Below the pieces are notes generated by a model. The model had not been told where the DNA came from, searched no databases, and saw only the letters and a list, made by a program, of their open reading frames with translations. Below are positions 10,352 through 17,886 of a DNA stretch of 32,000 nt, one piece after another. The DNA lies in NCBI RefSeq assembly GCF_001306055.1, contig NZ_LGHJ01000016.1, forward strand, positions 180,001-212,000, read 5' to 3'. Position numbers and translations under genes: made by a program. The first letter of the stretch is position 1. Every line of letters begins with the position of its first letter. The DNA is from Bellilinea caldifistulae (GTDB lineage: Bacteria > Chloroflexota > Anaerolineae > Anaerolineales > Anaerolineaceae).

Positions 10352-11115
10352 TTCTCCTCGTCTTTGATGGCGGCAAAGCGTTGAATGATGGGTTTAATGC
10401 GGTCATAATGTGAGCCTTTCCAGTAGATTTGACCGCAATCGGTGCAGCGACTGAATTCGTTGTAGTATAAACGGGTCAATGGCAATAATTGATCGAGGAT
10501 GGATTGTTTGTCAACCTTTTCCAGTAAGCCGTTGCAACGCGGGCAGCGGCTGAAAGGTTTGAGATATGCCCCGAGTTGAAAATGATTAATGACCTCGGTT
10601 AGTTGGGAGAGAGGATCGTCTTGCCGGACACAATAACCCCGCTGGATGATTTTTCTCTTTAACAATCCGCGGTCGCGGGTCAGCACAACTCGATTCTGCT
10701 CGACCGCGATGCTGGCAATTTGTTCATCATCAAATTGGTGGTTGTAGCAGGCATCAATGCCCAAAAGGCGCAAATAGGCGGTTAATTTTCCCAAATGATT
10801 GTCCAAAATGAATTTTGCAAAACGATCACCAAAATTTATTTGTTCGGTTTGCCATGGGTGGATATGAATATGATCGCCGCAAATGGGATGATAGGCTAAA
10901 TCAACCTCTTGCTGGTTGACTTTGATTTTTCCAATTTCGGGGTGAGGGACACCAATGGCTTCCACAATGTGTTTCAAAGAGGTTTTTTCGTGCAATTGAA
11001 AACGAACTAGGTGCGGATCGGCTTTGGATTTGAAAAAATCGGTCAAAGCCCCGTGAAAAATAACCGTAATCTCTCCACGGTACAGGGATTCAGTAGACAA
11101 ATTCTCGGATGTCAT
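10348..11115 (-). CDS. Beta-grasp (Ub-Mut7C) + Mut7-C PIN-like RNase domain protein with a C-terminal Zn-ribbon
   Basis: N-terminus ITVIFHGALTDFF...IVEAIGVPHPEIGKIKVNQQEV (Ub-Mut7C-like). Core FILDNHLGKLTAYLRLLGID...VVLTRDRGLLKR. Zn-ribbon CPRCNG...CTDCGQIYWKGSHY. The track start is 11169; the ATG at 11115 (MTSENL...) is more plausible and still overlaps the upstream gene by 26 nt. Its stop overlaps the downstream start (ATGA). Confidence 0.8.
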   Translation of the reverse strand: MTSENLSTESLYRGEITVIFHGALTDFFKSKADPHLVRFQLHEKTSLKHIVEAIGVPHPEIGKIKVNQQEVDLAYHPICGDHIHIHPWQTEQINFGDRFAKFILDNHLGKLTAYLRLLGIDACYNHQFDDEQIASIAVEQNRVVLTRDRGLLKRKIIQRGYCVRQDDPLSQLTEVINHFQLGAYLKPFSRCPRCNGLLEKVDKQSILDQLLPLTRLYYNEFSRCTDCGQIYWKGSHYDRIKPIIQRFAAIKDEEK

Positions 11116-12298
11116 AGCGGCTGATGTGGGGAGTTCCACTTTTCGACCCGAAAACCAGATTGGCTTCAATGGCTTCGCCTTGTTGAATGCGTTCAGCGGC
11201 GCTCAATGGCTGGAGTGATGTTTGATACGCTGTTTGGACATAAGGCAGATTCTCGTTTTCGACCAGCTCGGAAAAGTATATCAGGTCTTCGGCATCCAAT
11301 GGCATGGCGTTGATAAGTTGGCTCGTATCCTGAACATGGGCATCTGCGTAAGTTTTACCACCTGCGCCGAGCAGCACGATAATGCCAACGGCTACTCCGC
11401 CGGCTTTGATATTTCGGACGGCTTGAAGGACATCCTGTGGGGTGCCGGGCTTGTGTAAAAATTTTAGCAAGGGTTCGTGACCCGATTCCATACCGATATA
11501 AACCCGCTTTAAACCCATTTCGGCAAGGCTGGCAAAGTCCTGCGCAGTTTTGCGCTCTCCGCTGAAGCCATCCAAAAAGGCGAAGATTCCCCCCAGTCGT
11601 TCAACATCGAGTTCCGCGTGAACCACTTCGAGAAGGCTGATCAGGCGGGGCATAGGGATGACCAGAGCGTTCGCATCGCCCAGGAAAATTGTACGCCTGA
11701 GGCTGAGGCCTTCCCCCAAGAAAGCCTTTACCGCGCGGATATGCTCGCGGAATTCGTCTACGCGTTTGATACGAAAAGGGCGGTCGCGGTAGAAATCACA
11801 AAATGTACAGGTGTTGAATGAGCAGCCTTCTGCTGCCTGCAAAACGACGGAAATATATTGATCTGGCGGAAGAATACCAACCGGTTTGTAAACCTGATGA
11901 TATTTCTTGGCGTCTGCTACGGCAGATGAATTGTCAAACGCTGCCGCAATTTGCAAATCGTGCCAGCCTTTCTCATCCAAGGGCGGGTTGAATTTAATCT
12001 GATTGTTGCGCAGATCTGAAAGCAAGTCATTCAGCAGGATATGACCGCGTTGAATCAAATTGACGGACTCGTCCGGGGAAAGCCAACGGCGATGGCGGTT
12101 TTTATCGGGCGTCTGCCACTTGGCCACCACTTTGCCATCTAATCCACGGCGGTAAGATACTTCATTCACCAGCGCAGTCCACAACCGCCCAGCCAGGTCA
12201 TAACTAAATACCTCTTTGCTGCCAATGCTCACTGTCAGGCAGTTGGTTTTAATGCTGATTGTAACCGATTGATTCTTCCAGTAACCTTGATGAACCAT
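11090..12298 (-). CDS. Radical SAM enzyme with atypical Cx4Cx2C cluster motif and an N-terminal extension of about 150 aa
   Basis: 402 aa. Motif EGCSFNTCTFCDFY, confirmed on the DNA at 11798-11824. Downstream TIM-barrel-like elements are FLGDANAL, YIGMESG and IIVLLGAGG. Confidence 0.8.
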   Translation of the reverse strand: MVHQGYWKNQSVTISIKTNCLTVSIGSKEVFSYDLAGRLWTALVNEVSYRRGLDGKVVAKWQTPDKNRHRRWLSPDESVNLIQRGHILLNDLLSDLRNNQIKFNPPLDEKGWHDLQIAAAFDNSSAVADAKKYHQVYKPVGILPPDQYISVVLQAAEGCSFNTCTFCDFYRDRPFRIKRVDEFREHIRAVKAFLGEGLSLRRTIFLGDANALVIPMPRLISLLEVVHAELDVERLGGIFAFLDGFSGERKTAQDFASLAEMGLKRVYIGMESGHEPLLKFLHKPGTPQDVLQAVRNIKAGGVAVGIIVLLGAGGKTYADAHVQDTSQLINAMPLDAEDLIYFSELVENENLPYVQTAYQTSLQPLSAAERIQQGEAIEANLVFGSKSGTPHISRYDIREFVY

Positions 12299-12404
12299 AG
12301 ACCTAAAAGGGTTGAACGGTATAATATGCAGGTGTTCCTGAGGCTTTGTGAATTATATACCAATTGATCATCTGCTTATAGGATGGTAAAAGGAATCGGT
12401 TTTT

Positions 12405-13112
12405 ATGCGCATTCTGTTCATTCGACATGCTCAATCAACCAATAATTTGCTGTGGGATCAGACGGGCAGCAGCGATGGCCGTTCGAGTGACCCAACCCTA
12501 ACGGAATTAGGGATCAAGCAATCATTGGCACTGTGCGATTACTTTGGGCGCTATCTGGCATTGAATTCTAGAGGTTCATTTCCCGATACGAAAAACATCT
12601 ATCTTTACAGCAGTCTGATGTGGCGATCTCTTCAAACGGCCCAACCCATTGCGGATGAATACAGTTTGCCGATTTTAGGGTTGCGGGATTTGCATGAGGT
12701 TGGCGGGGTGTATCTCAAGGATCCTGAAACCGAGCTGAATGTTGGCTTGCCCGGCAAGAAACCAAGCGATCTCCAAAGGGCATTTCCTCGCCTGCAATTT
12801 GTGCAAGAACCGGATGAGCAAGGTTGGTATAACGCTGCTTATGAATCAGACGACCAAGCCCATGCCAGGGCAAAACGGTTGATGGACTGGCTGATAAATC
12901 GGCATCGAAATAGCCCTCACGTGGTGGTGTTGGTCAGCCATGGGGCTTTTTTCAATTATTTTATGAACGAACTCCTGGGGATCAACCCACCATACCGCGG
13001 ATGGTTTGTCATGAACAATACCGGTGTAACACAAATTGAGGTTGAGGAGGAAGAAATCTATGTTCTCTTTGTCAATCGGGTGGATCACTTGCCGGCTGAT
13101 TGGATAAGTTAG
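12405..13112 (+). CDS. Histidine phosphatase family protein (phosphoglycerate-mutase-like)
   Basis: 235 aa. N-terminal ILFIRHAQS (RHG-type catalytic motif) and a distal VSHGAF (His) motif. Confidence 0.8.
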   Translation: MRILFIRHAQSTNNLLWDQTGSSDGRSSDPTLTELGIKQSLALCDYFGRYLALNSRGSFPDTKNIYLYSSLMWRSLQTAQPIADEYSLPILGLRDLHEVGGVYLKDPETELNVGLPGKKPSDLQRAFPRLQFVQEPDEQGWYNAAYESDDQAHARAKRLMDWLINRHRNSPHVVVLVSHGAFFNYFMNELLGINPPYRGWFVMNNTGVTQIEVEEEEIYVLFVNRVDHLPADWIS

Positions 13113-13128
13113 AGCCTGAGTAAAAAAT

Positions 13129-14403
13129 TTATATGGCTTGTGGGGGCTGAGCATGAATGAAGGTCAATTGACGATTACGCCAGAACATCAGGAATCCGAT
13201 TAATTGCAAAGCCCCACCGACAATCAGGGCAACACCAATCCCGGCAAGGTCGGCAATGGCTGTGCCGATGAGCGGAGAGAGGATAGAAGAAACATATTGC
13301 AGACCTTGCGCAATGGAAACAAAGGTTGCGCTGTATTCGGTTGGTACGGTTTTCATCAACTCATCGAAGAAGACCAGATTCAAGCCGGCCTGAAAAATTC
13401 CGTTAATCCCTGCAAACAGGGTGATGAGAACGACATTGTGAGTGCTGGCAACCAGAATCGGGTAGATGGCTGCCCCAAAAGTCGTCCAGAGCAGGACATT
13501 CCGCGATCCACGCCGGCGCGATTGTTGAGTCCAAAAGAAGTAGCCCACAATCACAATGGCAGTTTGAGCCGTATTGATGGTGGCAATCCAGCTGTTGCTG
13601 GCCTGAACCTCGCGAACAAAGTAAAGTGGGAAAAGCGGTAAGGTCAAGGCTGCACCGGAGAGGAAGACAAAGCGTTTGATAACAAATGACTGGAAGGGTT
13701 TTTCCCGGCTTATAAGGGTAAGATATTCACCAATAGTTTGCTGAAAAGGTTTTTTCCCGATCTGGCTTGGTTTTTGAAAGTCGGGCAATTGAATATGAGA
13801 AGAGAAGTAATAGCTGATCAATCCCCCCACCGAAAGGAAGATAAAGATGACCTGAAAATTAGTTGGGAAGGCAATTCGATCCAAAAATTGACCGATCACG
13901 AAGACGGCCACTGCGGTGGTTACTCCCAAGATTGACCAGCGACGGGTCATCAACTCGTAGCGCAGATTGGGGCCGGCTACAGCGTTCATGACCACCGAAA
14001 AGGAGATGTTCAACAGCGTTTGAGGGATGGTTGCCAGAGCCCACACAACCAAAATGCCGGTAATTAAAGGCTGACCCTGCAGCAGGAAAGCCAGAGCGCC
14101 GGTCAGGGCATAACTCATGATGACACCCAGACGGGCAAGGCTGAACCATGGGATGATCTTTTTTTGATTTTGCAGAAACTGCCCCATTGGAATTGCCAGG
14201 ATCAAGCCGGCTAAGGCAGGCATGGAGGTCAACAACCCAATTTCGTATGAAGAAGCCCCCAATCGCGTGAGAAATACCGGTAAAAATGGAGCAGCAGCGT
14301 TGGCGAGCCCTACGCCAATGGCATCAATTTGAACATTGGTAAAATTTTTGGATTGGACTTTATCTAATTCTGCAGGATTTGAAAAGTATCTTTTTAGGTT
14401 CAC
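13129..14403 (-). CDS. MFS transporter
   Basis: 424 aa, with about 12 hydrophobic segments in two halves. Loop motifs are typical of MFS (for example the RRGSRNVLL-type cytoplasmic loop). Confidence 0.8.
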   Translation of the reverse strand: MNLKRYFSNPAELDKVQSKNFTNVQIDAIGVGLANAAAPFLPVFLTRLGASSYEIGLLTSMPALAGLILAIPMGQFLQNQKKIIPWFSLARLGVIMSYALTGALAFLLQGQPLITGILVVWALATIPQTLLNISFSVVMNAVAGPNLRYELMTRRWSILGVTTAVAVFVIGQFLDRIAFPTNFQVIFIFLSVGGLISYYFSSHIQLPDFQKPSQIGKKPFQQTIGEYLTLISREKPFQSFVIKRFVFLSGAALTLPLFPLYFVREVQASNSWIATINTAQTAIVIVGYFFWTQQSRRRGSRNVLLWTTFGAAIYPILVASTHNVVLITLFAGINGIFQAGLNLVFFDELMKTVPTEYSATFVSIAQGLQYVSSILSPLIGTAIADLAGIGVALIVGGALQLIGFLMFWRNRQLTFIHAQPPQAI

Positions 14404-14467
14404 AATGAAATATCCAGAAAGATCAATTCAAACAAGTTATGATTATACACTCCCCTAATTAAGTTTT

Positions 14468-16699
14468 TTACAACAGGATGTCATAATCGCCAATTTGAAT
14501 TGGCTCGGCGTTTTCAATCTGAATGTCAAAGCGAGCCCGCCATTGCAGTATCTGCCGGGCAAATTCCAACCATGGCTCGGTGGCAGGTTGAAGACCGGCG
14601 TTAATCCATTGATTGATTTTTTGAAGCCAATCGTGAAGATCGCTTTGAATAGGTTGAAAGAACAGGATCAATGGCTGAAAGTCCCAGATTACCACCCTGC
14701 CATCCGCGCTGGAACTGATCAGGGTATTACCATCCGGGATAAACCCCAATCCGCTGGCGGGTTGATTATGCAGTTCGATGGTGAGGAGCGGTTTCAAATC
14801 GGCTTCATGGCGGATTTGGATTTTTCCATCCAACCCCATGCCGCAAAGCAGCGGTAAAGTGGGATGGTAGACCAACTGGTTGATTGGAGTAGAAGACGGT
14901 GAGGGCAGTGTAAGAGGTTTGAAGGTCGAAAGGCTGAATTGCTGGATCGTGTGATTGCGGATTGCCACAGCAAATTTTTGGCGATTATTAATTGCCATTG
15001 TCAGAGGAGCATCCTCTAAGCCAGAGATGGAATGTATGCGGTGATTTCCATGGACAGAGATTATTTGACAGGTGCGGTCAGCGGTGGCACAGAGCAGTAG
15101 ATGATTGTCAGGCGTAATCAGTAGGGAAAAAATCTCATTCCCGATTTGAACGGGAGGACGTGCCGCCAAACCGCTTGGAAAGTGCCACGATTGAATCGCT
15201 CCATCAAAAGCGGCCGTATAGAATATCCTGCCATCGGATCGAAAGACCATCCCCCGGACTTGACCTTTATGCCCATCCAGTGTTTTTAGTAAGGCATGAT
15301 CCTGGCGGCGAAAAATGCGCAGGCGATGATCTCCACCAGCACAGACCAGATAACGCGCCTGTGGGTCGTAGATGATCAGCCGTGTCGGAGAAACCGGGCT
15401 TAGAAGGGGGCTTTGCCATTCAAGCGAGGTCAGATTAAGAAACTGAATAGAGGAGTCGAGGGAGCCAAAACCAATTTCCATTCCGAAGGGTGAAATCGCC
15501 ATGCTGGTGATACTGCCAGCAGGGGATTGGAGAATCGCTTTCCGGAAGACGGGAAGGGGTTTGGAGAAACAAACTGATGCCAGCCAAGCGACCTGATTGA
15601 GTTGAGGGTCATGCTCGAAGTTGATTGCATGTTCGCTGAGGTGATGAAGTAAATAGGCAGACCAGAACAAAGGAGCGCGAGATAAAAGGCGCAGCCAGAG
15701 CGGTTCTGATGGATTTAGCAGGATGGCTTGAACAACCCTTTCCCAATCCGCGGGGGTTAATTCCCATAAAACGACAGCAGAACGGCTGTCGGAAAGACGG
15801 GAAAGCCATTCGACATGACCGCTTATGCGTGCCTGAGACAGAATTTTTTGCCTTAAAGCCGGACTGGCAGATGAGTATGCCTCTACCAGCCACTGGTGGG
15901 TAAAGTCAAATGTTTCGTATTGATCCCATTGGTTTGAGAGAAAATAATAGAGGGCTTTTTCTGTCGGAACCGATGGTGAAAGATTTTTCTGTTGACAAAT
16001 TTGTCTGGCCGTCGGATCATCAAAATAGACTGCTAGCCTGCATAGAAAATCCACTGCAATGGTGTTCTCCGTTTCAGCCAGCGAGGATAATCGCTTAAGG
16101 ATGATTTGTTTCTCTGATTGGGAGGTTTGAGGATAGAGAGCCAGCAAGTGGCTTGGTTTGTCAGGTGTATTGAAAAGGAGCAGGCTAAGCAGGTGTGAGA
16201 ACCGTTGCCGGGCTGGAGATGGGGCAGATTCGATGATTTTCATTTGGGTTGAGGGTTGGGCGTGGTGAAAAAAATACTCGGCGAGAAGTTCGAGATTTTC
16301 GCTGGATTGCGCATAGCCACCATCTGGAAGGTATAAAAAGGAAAAAACGGCTTGCAAATGGGGGTTTGGACAGGGCAGGGGATTGAATTTTAAGTGTGTG
16401 ATTGCTGGTGGATAATCCCTTTCAATTGCAAGCCGGTACAGGCTGAGGATTGCTTCTGGGTTGTTTTGATGGCTTAACTGGATCAGTGCGTCAAGGGCAT
16501 CTTCCCTGATGATCGGCAGAGGGGCAAAAGCGCAGGCTTCTTCAATGAGAGCAATACTTTCCGGGTTTGGATCAGTCAATAGTATTCGAATGATCCCTCG
16601 TTGAATCAAACTCACAAGTTCTTCTTTGGGAAGAGACGGGAATTCGCTTACGGAAAGGAGTGTGCGACGGAATTCTTCGAAAAGACGCTGCTCACTCAT
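14468..16699 (-). CDS. Large repeat protein: helical N-terminal region of about 400 aa plus a C-terminal WD40 beta-propeller
   Basis: WD40-like repeats in the C-terminal ~330 aa, for example GHKGQVRGMVFRSDGRIFYTAAFDGAIQSWHF and SSSADGRVVIWDF. The N-terminal half is Leu/Ala-rich and predicted helical. The track start at 16705 is TTG; the ATG at 16699 (MSEQRL...) lies 2 nt after the upstream stop. Confidence 0.8.
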   Translation of the reverse strand: MSEQRLFEEFRRTLLSVSEFPSLPKEELVSLIQRGIIRILLTDPNPESIALIEEACAFAPLPIIREDALDALIQLSHQNNPEAILSLYRLAIERDYPPAITHLKFNPLPCPNPHLQAVFSFLYLPDGGYAQSSENLELLAEYFFHHAQPSTQMKIIESAPSPARQRFSHLLSLLLFNTPDKPSHLLALYPQTSQSEKQIILKRLSSLAETENTIAVDFLCRLAVYFDDPTARQICQQKNLSPSVPTEKALYYFLSNQWDQYETFDFTHQWLVEAYSSASPALRQKILSQARISGHVEWLSRLSDSRSAVVLWELTPADWERVVQAILLNPSEPLWLRLLSRAPLFWSAYLLHHLSEHAINFEHDPQLNQVAWLASVCFSKPLPVFRKAILQSPAGSITSMAISPFGMEIGFGSLDSSIQFLNLTSLEWQSPLLSPVSPTRLIIYDPQARYLVCAGGDHRLRIFRRQDHALLKTLDGHKGQVRGMVFRSDGRIFYTAAFDGAIQSWHFPSGLAARPPVQIGNEIFSLLITPDNHLLLCATADRTCQIISVHGNHRIHSISGLEDAPLTMAINNRQKFAVAIRNHTIQQFSLSTFKPLTLPSPSSTPINQLVYHPTLPLLCGMGLDGKIQIRHEADLKPLLTIELHNQPASGLGFIPDGNTLISSSADGRVVIWDFQPLILFFQPIQSDLHDWLQKINQWINAGLQPATEPWLEFARQILQWRARFDIQIENAEPIQIGDYDILL

Positions 16700-16701
16700 G
16701 G

Positions 16702-17274
16702 TCAACGGAAAATCAGCGGATCAATCCCGCTGAAAAGAAGTTCACCGCTTTGTTCGATAATGATTTCACCGGTTGGAACATGCAACAGGTCAGCCATCGA
16801 ATAACGGGAAGAAAAAAAGTGAATGGTCTTATTGCTGGAGCCAATCCAGAGATTTTCCGAAGGATGAGATTTGTCATAACGACCGGCAATCAGCACATCA
16901 ATCAACTCCGAAAGCTTATTTGAAGCCGGGAAAGTATTAATCTCTTCAGGGGTAAAGCCAGTAAAAAGGATTACGGAAAGGTGGGTTTTTTGGCGGATTT
17001 CTGCCAAAAAACGCAATAATGGCCTCAGCTGTTGCAGCGGCTCGCCGCCGCTGATGGTTATCCCTTCAATAGAAGGGCTGATTCGAAAAATCCGGGACAG
17101 TAACCCACTCAATTGGACTGATGCTCCGCCCGTTGGGGAATGTGTTTGTGGATTGAAGCAACCCGGACAATTCAGGGTGCAACCCTGCAACCAGAGGACG
17201 GCTCGTTTGCCGGGACCGTTCGAATAACTAAAAGGCTCAAAATGATGAATCCGCAGCGTCTCTGCCACACTCAT
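16702..17274 (-). CDS. NrdG/PflA-like radical SAM activating-enzyme homologue (small, 4Fe-4S/SAM)
   Basis: 190 aa. SNGPGKRAVLWLQGCTLNCPGCFNPQTH resembles the NrdG N-terminus (.GPG.R...F..GC...C.GC.N) with a canonical Cx3Cx2C motif. The later GGEPL is a SAM-binding motif. Confidence 0.8.
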   Translation of the reverse strand: MSVAETLRIHHFEPFSYSNGPGKRAVLWLQGCTLNCPGCFNPQTHSPTGGASVQLSGLLSRIFRISPSIEGITISGGEPLQQLRPLLRFLAEIRQKTHLSVILFTGFTPEEINTFPASNKLSELIDVLIAGRYDKSHPSENLWIGSSNKTIHFFSSRYSMADLLHVPTGEIIIEQSGELLFSGIDPLIFR

Positions 17275-17487
17275 TTATCCTTTGATTTCCAACGGCGGTA
17301 TCAAATTTGAATTACCGATAGGGGGTTCCTGGCTCTCAGCGGTCATTTTTCGCTCAAGGATGTGATTTCCCAACGCTTCTTCAAGAGCCTGAGTAATTTC
17401 CAGGCAGGTGTTTCCTTTTACTCCGCGGACGCTGATTTCAACCTTTCCGTTGGGGTGGATTGTCAATTCGATTTCCTGGATTTCCAT
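17275..17487 (-). CDS. DUF2997-like small protein
   Basis: 70 aa. IELTIHPNGKVEISVRGVKGNTCLEITQALEEALG fits my recollection of the DUF2997 pattern (I...I..dG.v...v.G..G..C...t..le..lG). Its stop TAA is directly followed by the ATG of the next gene. Confidence 0.6.
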   Translation of the reverse strand: MEIQEIELTIHPNGKVEISVRGVKGNTCLEITQALEEALGNHILERKMTAESQEPPIGNSNLIPPLEIKG

Positions 17488-17496
17488 GACAAAGTC

Positions 17497-17874
17497 CTAT
17501 GCCATTCGGCGTAACAGTAAGTGAATTTTACCAGCCTCGTCTTTCTCCTCGACAAGATAAAAGCCCTGTTCTTCGAGTTTTTGACGAGCGGCATGATAAG
17601 CATACCGCTGGTTGATTCGACGGACAAGGCTGGTCCGTTTGACTCCCATAACGCTGAACCAGTCCGCAACGATTTCGAATTTGCCTTGACGTCGTCGGAA
17701 TCCAATTTCTGCGCTCAGCGGAGGACGAACTTTGATCTCAACATCGGCTTGCTCACCGCCCAGGGAAGTAATCTTCAGTTCTCCCTGCTCGACCGGATAG
17801 CCCAAATCGCGCAGAGCCAGGAGTAAGATTTCCGCATCCACCCATTCCGTCTTGAATTTTGAGATGTGTGACAT
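17497..17874 (-). CDS. DUF1257 (Ycf35-like) protein
   Basis: 125 aa. The N-terminus MSHISKFKTEWVDAEILLLALRDLGY is characteristic of Ycf35/DUF1257 proteins (family recognised from memory). Confidence 0.7.
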   Translation of the reverse strand: MSHISKFKTEWVDAEILLLALRDLGYPVEQGELKITSLGGEQADVEIKVRPPLSAEIGFRRRQGKFEIVADWFSVMGVKRTSLVRRINQRYAYHAARQKLEEQGFYLVEEKDEAGKIHLLLRRMA

Positions 17875-17886
17875 TCTTTTACCTTG

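Noticed and set aside
17275-17487. The idea that the DUF2997 protein is a small glycyl-radical 'spare part' (GrcA-like) substrate of the adjacent activase, suggested by the segment SVRGVKG.
   Set aside because: The glycyl-radical fingerprint is R-[IVT]-[CSA]-G-[YFW]. Here R is followed directly by G, and no aromatic residue follows. I found no canonical motif by eye in any operon partner. The AAA+ 'SSGYVG' is the ordinary AAA C-domain motif. The idea is kept only as an experimental question in the findings.
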